64,000 bases of DNA from contig PUXX01000042.1 in the NCBI GenBank assembly GCA_009659895.1, positions 4,209 to 68,208 of the forward strand, given 5' to 3'. The stretch's first letter is position 1; each line of letters starts with the position of its first letter. This document shows, piece by piece, positions 20,986-30,662 of this stretch. Position numbers and translations under genes: made by a program. The DNA comes from Campylobacterota bacterium. Lineage in GTDB: Bacteria; Campylobacterota; Campylobacteria; Campylobacterales; Nitratiruptoraceae. The notes under the pieces were generated by a model that made no database searches, was not told where the DNA came from, and worked only from the letters and a program-made list of their open reading frames with translations.

Positions 20986-23900
20986 TTACTCCCCTTCCTC
21001 CAAGTTCAAAGGCACTTTTCTTAGCTCCTTGGGCCGTACCATCCAGAAGTTTCTGATCTCCATTCTAAAGCTATCCAAGATATCTCTGGCCTTTTTGCTT
21101 CCTGTCTCATCATAATAGGTCTGAAGGAGCTTTTTGAGATAGTGTCTGGCCTCGTCAAACTCATCGATATCGATACGCCTAGCCTCGATGAGCTCTTGGT
21201 TGATCTTTTCGATAAAAGTGTGATCCTCATCATAGACGAAGGCGAGCCCTCCGGTCATCCCTGCACCAAAGTTGATTCCGGTCTTGCCCAAGATCACCAC
21301 AATCCCACCGGTCATATACTCACAAGCGTGATCGCCCGTACCCTCGACCACAGCCAGGGCTCCGGAGTTTCGCACGGCGAAGCGCTCTCCCACCTCTCCA
21401 GCCACGAAGAGCGTACCTCCCGTAGCGCCATACAAACAGGTGTTACCCGCCAGGCTGAAGTTCTCCTTGCCTGTTTGGGAAGTGATGATGATCTTGCCTC
21501 CATGCATCCCTTTGCCCACATAGTCGTTGCCAGCGCCTTTGACGGTGATGGTGACACCATTGATGAGGAAGGCTCCTAGACTCTGTCCCGCTATTCCTTC
21601 TAGATTGATGCGGATCGTATCGTCCTTGAGCCCTGCATCTCCATAGTATTTGGCGATCTCTCCGCTTATCCTTGCGCCAAAGCTTCGGTTGACATTGGAG
21701 ATCTTTTTGTTGACGATGATAGGATGTGTGGGATTTTCGATAGCGGGATAGATCTCTTTGAGGATCTGCTTTTCGTACTCATTGCTATCAAAAGGCTCGT
21801 TTGATGCCACCTGGCAGGTATCCACCCCGTCAAGTCGCCGCAAAATTGCGCTAAAATCGAACTTCTTGGCAAGCTCATGCTCCACCACCTTGAGCAGGTC
21901 GGTACGCCCTACGATCTGCTCTAGCTTGGTATAGCCAAGATGGGCCAAGATCTTGCGTACATCTTCGGCGATCATGGTGAAGTAGTTGATGAGCCGATCC
22001 ACCGTCCCTACGTAGTGCTCCCGCAAAAACTCGTTTTGGGTCGCGATCCCTACGGTACAGCGGTTGAGATGGCACACACGCAAGATCTTACATCCTATGA
22101 TCGTAAGCACTCCCGTACCAAAGGCGTAGCTCTCAGCTCCCATGATGGCAGCTTTGACTACATCCAAACCCGTCTTGAGCCCTCCATCGGTCTGGAGCTC
22201 CACGAACTCCCTTAGATGGTTGGACTTCAAAGCGTTGTGGGCTTCGGTAAGCCCAATCTCCCAAGGATTTCCGGCGAATTTGATGGAGGTAAGAGGTGCC
22301 GCTCCCGTCCCCCCGTCGCCACCGCTGATGATAATCTTGTCGGCGTAGGCCTTGGCCACACCCGTGGCGATGGTGCCCACTCCAGCTGTCGAGACCAGCT
22401 TGACAGCTACCTTGGCATCAGGGTTGACCTGTTTGAGATCGAAGATAAGCTGGGCCAGATCTTCGATGGAGTAGATGTCATGGTGAGGTGGTGGGGAGAT
22501 GAGGGTGACACCTGGCATAGTATGGCGAAGCTTGGCAATAAGAGCTGTCACCTTGTGTCCTGGCAGCTGTCCCCCTTCTCCTGGCTTGGCCCCTTGGGCG
22601 ATCTTGATCTGGATCTCCTCGGCACTTCTTAGATAGGCGGGAGTCACACCAAAGCGCCCACTTGCTACCTGCTTGATCTTGGAGTTTTTGATAGTGCCAA
22701 ATCTGCTCTCATCCTCTCCACCCTCGCCCGAGTTGCTCTTGGCTCCTATTTTGTTCATAGCCTCGGCGATACACTCATGAGCCTCGGGACTGATCGATCC
22801 TAGACTCATAGCCGCAGAGTCAAAACGCTTGAAGATATCCTCTATGGGCTCTACCTCCTCTAGGCTCACAGGCTTCTTGTCGCTTTGAAACTCAAAAAAG
22901 TCTCGAATAAAGCGCAATCCTCTCCCATCGACCATCTTCTTGAGCTCCTGGTAGTCCTCCCAGTCGCCGGTGACGGAGACCTTGTGGATCTGGTTGACGG
23001 TGTTGGGACTAAAGTCGTGATATTCGCTGCCCTCGATATATTTGTAATATCCACCAAGCTCTAGAGGAAAGATTCTCTTTTGCAGATCGATCTCATAGGC
23101 CTTTTTGTGATAGGCTTCTAGACGCTTTTCGATATCTTCATAGCCAAGTCCTGGCACCAATGCTGCCGATCCACTAAAGCACTCTCCTACGATCTCTTCG
23201 CTAAGACCTAGCACATCAAATAGCGAAGAGTTGCGATAGGAGGCGATGGTGGAGATCCCCATCTTGGACATGATCTTCAAAAATCCACCATTGAGGGCAT
23301 TGAGGACATTTTTGAACTTGTTGCGCAGCTCAAATGGAGTAAGATCTTGCTTCTTGAGCTTCTCATAGACAGTGGCAAAGAGCAAATAGGGATAGACAGC
23401 ACTGGCTCCATAGGCCACCATCACCGCTGCGCTATGAGAGTCATGGACCTCACCGGTGATAGCGACGGTAGAGGTGAGATGGCGCACCTTCTCATCCAAA
23501 AGGCGCTTGTTGAGCCGACCGATCACCATAGCCATGGGGATGGTCTTGCGATGGGGGCTGAGCTCCCGATCATCGAGGACAATGATACGCACTCCCTCTT
23601 CCTTGACAGATCTGATCACCTCATCGACCAGCCGCTCCAAAGAGCCTTTGAGATCCTTCTCATATGCGGTGGAGAAAAATTTATGCTTGAAGCACTCCTG
23701 ATATCTTGGATGCTTGGGATCGCCATAGGATAGGAGCACATCCATCTTCTCCTTGATAAGAATCGGCGAGACGGCCTTGAGTCTCTTGGCGTGCTCTGGA
23801 TCTTCGTCTAGGATATTGTGGATCTCCCCAAAACCGGTATTGAGACTCATGACGATCTTTTCACGAATCGGATCGATGGGCGGGTTGGTGACTTGGGCGA

Positions 23901-25410
23901 ACTTTTGCTTGAAAAAGTCGGTAAAACAGCGCTGCTTGTCACTAAAGGCCGCCATTGGCGTATCATCTCCCATACTTCCTACCGCCTCTTTGCCCTCCTT
24001 GATCATCGGCTCGATCACCTGCTCGATGAGCTCATGGGTGATATTGTAGTAGCGCTGCTTGTGGACGGTATCTTCGAGCTCATATTCGGTCAGGTTGCTA
24101 AAGGGCTGCTCGATATGTTCTTGGAGATAGACCATATGTTCGTTGAGCCACTCGGCATAGGGGTTGGAGTTTTTGAGGTAGTCGTTGATATCGTCGTTTT
24201 TGAGAATCTTACCATACTTAAGATCCAAGGCGATCATCTCACCACTTTGCAAACGACCTCTTTCCAAGATATTCTCTTCTGGGATCTGCAAGATCCCATA
24301 TTCGCTGGCGATAATGAGGCGGTTGTCCTTGGTGATGATATATTTGGCAGGACGAAGACCATTTCGATCCAGGACACAGCCGATATAGCGGCCATCGGTC
24401 AAACTCACTGCAGCTGGACCATCCCACGCCTCAAAACAGGTACTGGTATACTCATAGTAGGCTCTAAGCTGGGCATCCATATGGGGAGCGTTTTGCCAAG
24501 GGGCCGGGATCAAAGCCCTGGCCGCTTTGAAAAACTCCATGCCGTTGGCGATCAAGAACTCAAAGAAGTTGTCTAGACTCTTACTATCGCTAGCCTCCTT
24601 CTCCAATACCGGCAAGATCCGCTCGATCTCATCGGGACTGAAGACTTCGCTTTTGAGAGCCTCGCACTTGGCCATTACGTTGTAGCGGTTGGCGGTGACA
24701 GAGTTGATCTCTCCGTTGTGGGCGATCATACGAAAAGGTTGCGCCAGCTTCCATTTGGGCAGGGTGTTGGTGGAGAATCGCTGGTGAAAGAGGGCAAAAC
24801 TGGCCTCAAAATCCCTATCTTGCAGATCTGGGTAGAACATCTTGATATAGGTGGGCATCACAAGCCCTTTGTAGGCGATGGTCTTGGAGGAGAAGCTGGG
24901 AATATAAAAATCCTCATCCTCCTCTAGAGCCTTTTCGATCTCCCTTCTTGTCAGATACAAAAGAGCATCAAAGCGTTTGGTGGCGATGAGAGAGTTGGGG
25001 GCGACGAAGATCTGGACGATCCTGGGGAGTGTCTCTTTGGCAAGCTCTCCTAATGCCTCTGTGTTGATCGGTACTTCTCTGATGTGCAAGATTTTCAGAT
25101 CGTTCTTGGCGCACATCTCCTTGATCACGTCGATATTGCTCTCGTCCTTGTAAAAGACCATCGCCACCGCATAGGTCGACGGCAGGACGAAACCCTCCTT
25201 TTCGGAGAGCTTTTTGAAAAATTTATGAGGCATGGAAAAGAGCAGTCCGCTCCCATCCCCGCTCTTCCCATCAGCAGCGATGGCGCCCCTGTGCATCATC
25301 CGCTCCAACGCCTTGATAGCATCTTCTACATTTTGGTGAGAAGGCTTGTTGTCGATACTGGCCAAAAGCCCAAATCCGCAGTTGTCTTTGTAACTGGTCA
25401 AAAAATCCAT
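20986..25410 (-). CDS. gltB: Glutamate synthase large subunit
   Basis: N-terminal CGFG amidotransferase, HQRFSTNT, GAKPGEGG, CKILRVCHLNRC 3Fe-4S motif; start placed at MDFLTSY. Confidence 0.97.
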   Translation of the reverse strand: MDFLTSYKDNCGFGLLASIDNKPSHQNVEDAIKALERMMHRGAIAADGKSGDGSGLLFSMPHKFFKKLSEKEGFVLPSTYAVAMVFYKDESNIDVIKEMCAKNDLKILHIREVPINTEALGELAKETLPRIVQIFVAPNSLIATKRFDALLYLTRREIEKALEEDEDFYIPSFSSKTIAYKGLVMPTYIKMFYPDLQDRDFEASFALFHQRFSTNTLPKWKLAQPFRMIAHNGEINSVTANRYNVMAKCEALKSEVFSPDEIERILPVLEKEASDSKSLDNFFEFLIANGMEFFKAARALIPAPWQNAPHMDAQLRAYYEYTSTCFEAWDGPAAVSLTDGRYIGCVLDRNGLRPAKYIITKDNRLIIASEYGILQIPEENILERGRLQSGEMIALDLKYGKILKNDDINDYLKNSNPYAEWLNEHMVYLQEHIEQPFSNLTEYELEDTVHKQRYYNITHELIEQVIEPMIKEGKEAVGSMGDDTPMAAFSDKQRCFTDFFKQKFAQVTNPPIDPIREKIVMSLNTGFGEIHNILDEDPEHAKRLKAVSPILIKEKMDVLLSYGDPKHPRYQECFKHKFFSTAYEKDLKGSLERLVDEVIRSVKEEGVRIIVLDDRELSPHRKTIPMAMVIGRLNKRLLDEKVRHLTSTVAITGEVHDSHSAAVMVAYGASAVYPYLLFATVYEKLKKQDLTPFELRNKFKNVLNALNGGFLKIMSKMGISTIASYRNSSLFDVLGLSEEIVGECFSGSAALVPGLGYEDIEKRLEAYHKKAYEIDLQKRIFPLELGGYYKYIEGSEYHDFSPNTVNQIHKVSVTGDWEDYQELKKMVDGRGLRFIRDFFEFQSDKKPVSLEEVEPIEDIFKRFDSAAMSLGSISPEAHECIAEAMNKIGAKSNSGEGGEDESRFGTIKNSKIKQVASGRFGVTPAYLRSAEEIQIKIAQGAKPGEGGQLPGHKVTALIAKLRHTMPGVTLISPPPHHDIYSIEDLAQLIFDLKQVNPDAKVAVKLVSTAGVGTIATGVAKAYADKIIISGGDGGTGAAPLTSIKFAGNPWEIGLTEAHNALKSNHLREFVELQTDGGLKTGLDVVKAAIMGAESYAFGTGVLTIIGCKILRVCHLNRCTVGIATQNEFLREHYVGTVDRLINYFTMIAEDVRKILAHLGYTKLEQIVGRTDLLKVVEHELAKKFDFSAILRRLDGVDTCQVASNEPFDSNEYEKQILKEIYPAIENPTHPIIVNKKISNVNRSFGARISGEIAKYYGDAGLKDDTIRINLEGIAGQSLGAFLINGVTITVKGAGNDYVGKGMHGGKIIITSQTGKENFSLAGNTCLYGATGGTLFVAGEVGERFAVRNSGALAVVEGTGDHACEYMTGGIVVILGKTGINFGAGMTGGLAFVYDEDHTFIEKINQELIEARRIDIDEFDEARHYLKKLLQTYYDETGSKKARDILDSFRMEIRNFWMVRPKELRKVPLNLEEGE

Positions 25411-25516
25411 CGATCCACCTTTTTCTGGCATTTTAAACGAAGTTTAATCATTGTTTTAGTATAAGTGCAATATTTTATCTATTTTTTCGTTAAAATCTTC
25501 TTACAAAGAGAGTCCC

Positions 25517-26131
25517 TTGCAAGGATTTATCCTCAATATCACCAGAGCCAAGAATGAAGATCTCATCGTCTCCATCCTCACCCAAAGGCGACTCCACACA
25601 CTCTATCGCTTCTATGGGGCTAGACACAGCACCATCAACATAGGCTACAAGATCGACTTCGATATCGAGTACCAAATCGGCTATCTCCCCAAACTACGCC
25701 ATATTACCCACCTGGGCTACTCATGGCTTAGGGATCTGGACAAGGCCCTGGCATGGCAGCGATTTATCACGCTCTTGTATCGCCATCTCCAGGAGATCGA
25801 AGAGCCCGGGGAGTTCTACTTCGATCTCTTAGAGCGTCTGGCCCAAAAACTCACCAAGCAGCACCCCAAAAGAGCCATCATAGAGAGCTATGTGGATCTC
25901 CTTGGGCATGAAGGCAGGCTCCATCACACATTGAGCTGTTTCGTTTGTGAAGAGAATATAGACGACGATCCCGTCCTCGTTCGCTCATTCTTGCCGGCTC
26001 ATCCAGGATGTATCCCCAAAGAGCCCTTTGAGAGAGCAAAAATAGAGCATCTGTTTCGCTACAAAGACGCTCAGTTTTTCGATGACAGGGAGATAGAGCT
26101 GTTGTGGAATATCCTCACTGAGGGGATCTGA
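25517..26131 (+). CDS. recO: Recombination protein RecO (epsilonproteobacterial type)
   Basis: MQGFIL..EDLIV..YRFYGARHS..GYKIDF; CFVC..HPGC. Confidence 0.88.
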   Translation: MQGFILNITRAKNEDLIVSILTQRRLHTLYRFYGARHSTINIGYKIDFDIEYQIGYLPKLRHITHLGYSWLRDLDKALAWQRFITLLYRHLQEIEEPGEFYFDLLERLAQKLTKQHPKRAIIESYVDLLGHEGRLHHTLSCFVCEENIDDDPVLVRSFLPAHPGCIPKEPFERAKIEHLFRYKDAQFFDDREIELLWNILTEGI

Positions 26132-26139
26132 CCCTCAGT
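26117..26139. terminator. Hairpin at the convergent recO/hypothetical junction
   Basis: 8-bp inverted repeat ACTGAGGG-7 nt-CCCTCAGT spanning both stop codons. Confidence 0.45.
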
Positions 26140-26821
26140 TGGCCTCAAAATCGTCTACGATGAAGTCCGTACCGGCCAGCAGCCGTCCACCAAAATCGAC
26201 CTTTTGCAAGAGCTTGATATCTTCGACAGGATCCTTGACCACTACATAGAGCTGTCCGTAGATCTGCACGGGATGGAAGACGAAGTCTTTTAGCTCGAAG
26301 CGCTCTTGTTCATATCGGATATGCTCTGGCAAAATGGTATCGCAAATAATATCCAAATAGCCCTCACGCAGCACATCGTACTGATCAAACATCACAGAGC
26401 AGTCCACATACCCAAAAGCCAGCTTGCTAGGATCGATCTGCTCCGCTTCGCACTCCAAATCCCACAGTCCATCTCCCTCAAGGCTTCTGATATAGAAGAT
26501 ATCTCCTACCTCAGCATCTTGGATATCGGAAAGCAGATCGACTATATTTTCATTCCACAAAGTCACCTCGTCACTTGTGTAGCGCTTGCCCTCGATCTGG
26601 ATCGTACACTCATCGGGATCGACGCCGTTGAGCTCCATTGGAGGCTCAAAAGCCTCCACCTCCCCCGTTTCTACAAAATCGTTGACCAGATCGAAGAGCT
26701 CTCGCACATCCTCTGCGGACTCCAGATCAAATTCACTCAGATCCAGCCCCTCGATCTCCATTCTGCTCACATTGTAGACACGGATCACTTTCGCCGCGCC
26801 CTTGACACTCACCACGGCCAT
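26135..26821 (-). CDS. Very acidic hypothetical cytoplasmic protein
   Basis: 228-aa ORF, strong RBS AGGAGAGG, D/E-rich; no family recognised. Confidence 0.75.
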   Translation of the reverse strand: MAVVSVKGAAKVIRVYNVSRMEIEGLDLSEFDLESAEDVRELFDLVNDFVETGEVEAFEPPMELNGVDPDECTIQIEGKRYTSDEVTLWNENIVDLLSDIQDAEVGDIFYIRSLEGDGLWDLECEAEQIDPSKLAFGYVDCSVMFDQYDVLREGYLDIICDTILPEHIRYEQERFELKDFVFHPVQIYGQLYVVVKDPVEDIKLLQKVDFGGRLLAGTDFIVDDFEAN

Positions 26822-26874
26822 AACCTCTCCTTTTTTCTTTGTATTGTAGTGAAAATCCTCACACTTGACAACAA

Positions 26875-27636
26875 CTAAAGGCTCAAACGCTCTTTGTCTA
26901 AAAAGGTATCGTCATGAATGTGGCGAAAGGAGGCCCTTATATATTTGAGCGCCTCCGGGAAGCGTCTTTCAAGATCCGCCACGAAGCTCTTCATATTTTC
27001 TCTGACATAGGGCTCTTTGATATCGAAACGCATCGCCGGACACATCTCATCTCCTACGGCCAAAAAGCCGTTTCGCTCGACGAATCCTCGCAGCTGACGC
27101 TCTCTGGTCTCTATAAGAGGCCGGATAACATAGAGCCCCTTTTGGGTCTTGTATATCGGAGGCATGGAGCGCATGGTACCGTTGTAGAACATATTCATAA
27201 AAAAACTCTCCACCGCATCATCAAAATGGTGTCCAAGGGCCAGTTTGTTGAAGCCATGTTCCAGTGCGTAAGTATAAAGAGCCCCTCGGCGCATCCTGGA
27301 AAAGAAGCTGCAGTAGCTGCTGTTTTGGCGGATTTTTTCTTGGGCGATCTCGAAGATGGGCGTCTCGTAGACGTCGTAGTCGATGCCATACTCTTCACAG
27401 TGGCGACGCAAAAAATCGTAATTTTCTCCCATACCATAGGAGATGGTAAGAGCCTTGAAGGAGAAATCATAAGGCGCTACCCTTTGGATATGTTTGAGTG
27501 CGTGGACCAGGGTCAAGGAGTCTTTGCCACCACTAAGCCCCACCAAGACCCGATCGCCCTCTTGCAAGAGCTCAAACTCCACATTGGTCCTGGCTATCTG
27601 CTTGAGCAGCTTTTTGGTAAACTCCGCCCTTTTCAT
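26875..27636 (-). CDS. ttcA: tRNA 2-thiocytidine biosynthesis protein, TtcA family
   Basis: PP-loop SGGKDS, CSFFSRMRRG, LGHHFDD, IRPL. Confidence 0.9.
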   Translation of the reverse strand: MKRAEFTKKLLKQIARTNVEFELLQEGDRVLVGLSGGKDSLTLVHALKHIQRVAPYDFSFKALTISYGMGENYDFLRRHCEEYGIDYDVYETPIFEIAQEKIRQNSSYCSFFSRMRRGALYTYALEHGFNKLALGHHFDDAVESFFMNMFYNGTMRSMPPIYKTQKGLYVIRPLIETRERQLRGFVERNGFLAVGDEMCPAMRFDIKEPYVRENMKSFVADLERRFPEALKYIRASFRHIHDDTFLDKERLSL

Positions 27637-28373
27637 CCTATGAGCTTCTCCACCATAGAGATAATAAAATCAGCACTACGTCTAGAGGAGTGCTTCAAAA
27701 ACTCATCAAAATCAAAAGCGGCATCCATATCGGCTGCATCGCTAATAGATCGCAACACAAAAAAAGGCACATCAAAAGCGTCACAGACCACCGCCACCGC
27801 GGCCCCTTCCATCTCAATGGCATCGGCACCGAAGGTCTTGCGGATCCACTCCTTGCGCTTGGGATCGGCGACGAACTGATCTCCGGTAGCGATAATCCCC
27901 TCTTTGAGATCGATGCCCTTCTCTTTGGCCACCTCTTTTGCCAGCATACGCAGATACTCATCGCTTTGGATGTAGATCTTGCCCTCAGGCACATAGCCGT
28001 ATGGATGGCCAAAAGCAGTGATATCCAGATCGTGCTGACACAGCTTGGTAGCGGCGATGAGATCTCCGATCTTGAGATCTGGATTGAGCGCTCCAGCCAC
28101 ACCACTAAAAAGGAGTCTTTCTACTTTGAAGTGCTGCACCAGTACCGATGCAGTAAGCGCAGCATAGACCTTGCCAATCTTGCTATAGGCTACGACTATA
28201 TCGTGTCCCTTATATTTGGCCTCAAAATAGCGATTGCCAGCGATGGAGTGGAGTCTGACATTTTTGAGATTGGAGAGGATATAAGCTAGATCGCTTTGAG
28301 GAGGATGGCCGTCCAGAGCGCTTAGGATCGGCTCGATCTCCTCGATCATCGCTCCCATTATGGCTATCTTCAT
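27633..28373 (-). CDS. mtnN: MTA/SAH nucleosidase
   Basis: IMGAMIEE, SKIGKV, TGDQF, EMEGAA, RSISD. Confidence 0.95.
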   Translation of the reverse strand: MKIAIMGAMIEEIEPILSALDGHPPQSDLAYILSNLKNVRLHSIAGNRYFEAKYKGHDIVVAYSKIGKVYAALTASVLVQHFKVERLLFSGVAGALNPDLKIGDLIAATKLCQHDLDITAFGHPYGYVPEGKIYIQSDEYLRMLAKEVAKEKGIDLKEGIIATGDQFVADPKRKEWIRKTFGADAIEMEGAAVAVVCDAFDVPFFVLRSISDAADMDAAFDFDEFLKHSSRRSADFIISMVEKLIG

Positions 28374-28377
28374 GGCG

Positions 28378-28407
28378 TCTCCTAAAAAATTTTAGGAGAT
28401 TGTACCA
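28378..28407 (-). promoter_or_regulatory. mtnN extended -10 (TGGTACAAT, 28399-28407) with a 10-bp inverted repeat over the RBS
   Basis: TCTCCTAAAA-2 nt-TTTTAGGAGA at 28378-28399 includes the AGGAGA Shine-Dalgarno. Confidence 0.55.
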
Positions 28408-28419
28408 TAAAGAGACGTT

Positions 28420-28986
28420 TTATTCTTTCTTGTCGAAATGATAGATGGAGTGTTTGGTGTGGCGCTCCCCATCTTTGTAGACGATATATGAGGACTTGAG
28501 GTGTTTGTTGTTGTTTGAGAGCTCCAAGATGATATGGTGGACATGGGCCTCATCACTATCACACACCTCGCTTCGATCTTCGTCACAATCAAAGACCAAC
28601 TTGGTAGGGGTGCTGGCTTTTGTATTGAAGATGAAGCTTGGCTGGTTCTGCTTGGCGCAGTAGTGTGTGGCACGAAGCTCCTTGCAGTTGTGATAGTCAT
28701 CACAATGATACATTGTCACCATCCAGCGGACGGTATTGGGCAAAAGCTCCTCCTTGATCGCCGATCCGTTGCCGATGACCACATACTCTACCCCCGTCTT
28801 GTCCGTACCTAGCATGCGCTTCACGGCCGGATGGTTGTGGGCGCCTGTGGTATCTTTTTGATCCTTGGCGGGACTGAGCGTCCATACACCTGGAAGCACC
28901 TTCTTCATATGATCAAAAGCCTCCTTTGGAGCCATCTCCCCAAAGAGTAGACTAGCTAGAGCGACAGTGACCAAAGCCTTTCTCAT
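28420..28986 (-). CDS. Exported His/Cys-rich hypothetical protein
   Basis: Signal peptide, GGAGGAG RBS, motifs TMYHCD, THYCAKQNQP, HVHH. Confidence 0.8.
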   Translation of the reverse strand: MRKALVTVALASLLFGEMAPKEAFDHMKKVLPGVWTLSPAKDQKDTTGAHNHPAVKRMLGTDKTGVEYVVIGNGSAIKEELLPNTVRWMVTMYHCDDYHNCKELRATHYCAKQNQPSFIFNTKASTPTKLVFDCDEDRSEVCDSDEAHVHHIILELSNNNKHLKSSYIVYKDGERHTKHSIYHFDKKE

Positions 28987-29073
28987 TCTCTCCTCCTTCC
29001 CTTGGCTTTAGCACTATCTTACAACATCTACATAAAGCTGGCCTTAAGAAATCTCCTTCGATTTTTATATTTT

Positions 29074-30018
29074 TTATAAGATTTTATTATCTTCAAGCCA
29101 GGAGAGGGCTTGATCTAGGCTTCTTGGATCACTGATCGTAAGTGTCGGGACTTTGGTGATACGTCGATTGAGCCCTTTGAGGACACCTCCTTCCCCAAAT
29201 TCCAAAAAAACCTGAACATCATTTTCAATATTTTTGATGGAGTGTTTGTAGCGTACCGGCTCCACCAGCTGACGATCCAAAAGATCGACGGCTAAAGTCT
29301 TGGTATCATAAGCGCTGGCGGTGACATTTGAGACCACCGAAGCTTCAAAAGAGTCTTGTATGAATCTTTGAAGATACTCTTGCAAGGGCTCTCTAGCCTC
29401 CTCCATCAAAGGACAGTGGCTAGCCACACTCATATTGAGCAGCAAAGCCCTCTTCGCGCCCGCCTCTTTAAAAATAGGCTCCATCGAAGCAAGATCGCTT
29501 TTGATACCGGCTACGACAAGCTGCCCGTCGCTGTTGTAGTTGGCAGGCCAGATCGCTCTGCCCTGAGCTCTGGCTCTTGCACACAGATCCTCTACCACTT
29601 CATCATCCAACCCCATGACCACCATCATGCCTCCATCTTTTCCCTCGGCAGCCTTTTGCATGAACACACCTCTTTTATGGACCAGCTCCACTCCATCCAT
29701 AGGATCTAGCGCACCCACGCTAGCAAGAGCGCTAAATTCTCCCAGGGAGTGTCCAAGTGCGTAAAGAGGCGTGATGGGCATATGGTCTTGAAAAAGCTCT
29801 TTGGCTATGAGGCTGACTAACAAGATAGCTGGTTGGGTATATTGGGTCTGATTGATACGCTCGTTTGGCTCAAAAAGAAGTTTGGCAAAATCGATACCCA
29901 GCCGATCGCTGGCGGCTTGGATCATCTCCTTGGCTTTTGGGCTTGTTTGGTAAAACTCCTTGCCCATACCGATCTTTTGGCTTCCTTGTCCAGGAAAGAG
30001 AAAGGCTACCTTTTTCAT
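29074..30018 (-). CDS. fabD: Malonyl-CoA:ACP transacylase
   Basis: FPGQGSQ, GHSLGE, SVASH; start placed at MKKVAF. Confidence 0.96.
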   Translation of the reverse strand: MKKVAFLFPGQGSQKIGMGKEFYQTSPKAKEMIQAASDRLGIDFAKLLFEPNERINQTQYTQPAILLVSLIAKELFQDHMPITPLYALGHSLGEFSALASVGALDPMDGVELVHKRGVFMQKAAEGKDGGMMVVMGLDDEVVEDLCARARAQGRAIWPANYNSDGQLVVAGIKSDLASMEPIFKEAGAKRALLLNMSVASHCPLMEEAREPLQEYLQRFIQDSFEASVVSNVTASAYDTKTLAVDLLDRQLVEPVRYKHSIKNIENDVQVFLEFGEGGVLKGLNRRITKVPTLTISDPRSLDQALSWLEDNKIL

Positions 30019-30039
30019 GGCTCCCCTTTTTTGGGAAGC

Positions 30040-30048
30040 ATTATAGCA
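30040..30048 (-). promoter_or_regulatory. Extended -10 promoter (TGCTATAAT) for fabD
   Basis: Consensus motif 22 nt upstream of the ATG. Confidence 0.6.
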
Positions 30049-30060
30049 AATTTGAGGCAC

Positions 30061-30074
30061 GGGCCCGAAGGCCC
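30061..30074 (-). terminator. GGGCC-UUCG-GGCCC hairpin after slyD
   Basis: All-GC 5-bp stem with a C(UUCG)G tetraloop just past the stop; no U tract. Confidence 0.5.
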
Positions 30075-30080
30075 GAAGGA

Positions 30081-30587
30081 TCAGTGACTACAGCCGCACT
30101 GACCGCTGCCGCAGTGCTCGTCTTCTTGGACCTGGCCGGTCATCACCTCTTCGGGCGTTGCGTCTCTGACCTCTTTGACATTGACGCTAAACATCAAATC
30201 CTTGCCCGCTAGAGGGTGATTGAAATCGATGGTCACCTCTTTATCATCGAAAGATTTCACGGTCACTTGAACCGTCTCGCCATTCTCCCCTTGTCCATAG
30301 AGGGTCATACCCTCTTGCAGATCGATACCTGCGAATTGCTCTCTAGGAAGGGTCTGTACGGCATTCTCATCCTTTGGTCCATAGGCCTCTTCCGCTTTGA
30401 CCAATACATCGGCGCTCTCGCCTACATTCATCTCCTTGATCTTCTTCTCAAGACCAGGGATGATCTGCCCTTTGCCCGTGATGAAACGAAGAGGCTTGTG
30501 GCCTACGTTGCTATCGATCACTTCACCTGTTTGCGCGTCTTTTACGGTATATTCGATACCTACGACTTTGTTGTCTTCGATTGCCAT
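30081..30587 (-). CDS. slyD: FKBP-type peptidyl-prolyl isomerase SlyD
   Basis: GQIIPGLE, EAYG, DFNHPLAGKDL, His/Cys tail EHCGSGQCGCSH. Confidence 0.95.
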   Translation of the reverse strand: MAIEDNKVVGIEYTVKDAQTGEVIDSNVGHKPLRFITGKGQIIPGLEKKIKEMNVGESADVLVKAEEAYGPKDENAVQTLPREQFAGIDLQEGMTLYGQGENGETVQVTVKSFDDKEVTIDFNHPLAGKDLMFSVNVKEVRDATPEEVMTGQVQEDEHCGSGQCGCSH

Positions 30588-30617
30588 TTGAAACCTTTAC
30601 TTTGAATTTGAGCCACT

Positions 30618-30626
30618 ATTGTAGCA
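30618..30626 (-). promoter_or_regulatory. Extended -10 promoter (TGCTACAAT) for slyD
   Basis: Consensus motif about 30 nt upstream of the start. Confidence 0.55.
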
Positions 30627-30662
30627 TATCTAGCTTGAAGCCCTATTAATGCAGCGTCAGGG

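Noticed and set aside
26914-27879. 321-aa plus-strand ORF, and similar long antisense ORFs within gltB, tolB and dapE
   Set aside because: Fully opposite well-supported genes; such shadow ORFs recur throughout the window
28260-28325. Short apparent insertion near the MtnN N-terminus (DGHPPQSDLAYILS)
   Set aside because: In frame with catalytic motifs intact; probably a surface loop variant
30060-30067. CGGGCCCG palindrome just after both slyD and rpmA (also at 46863-46870)
   Set aside because: Only two 8-mer occurrences, both explainable as parts of local hairpins; not enough for a repeat family
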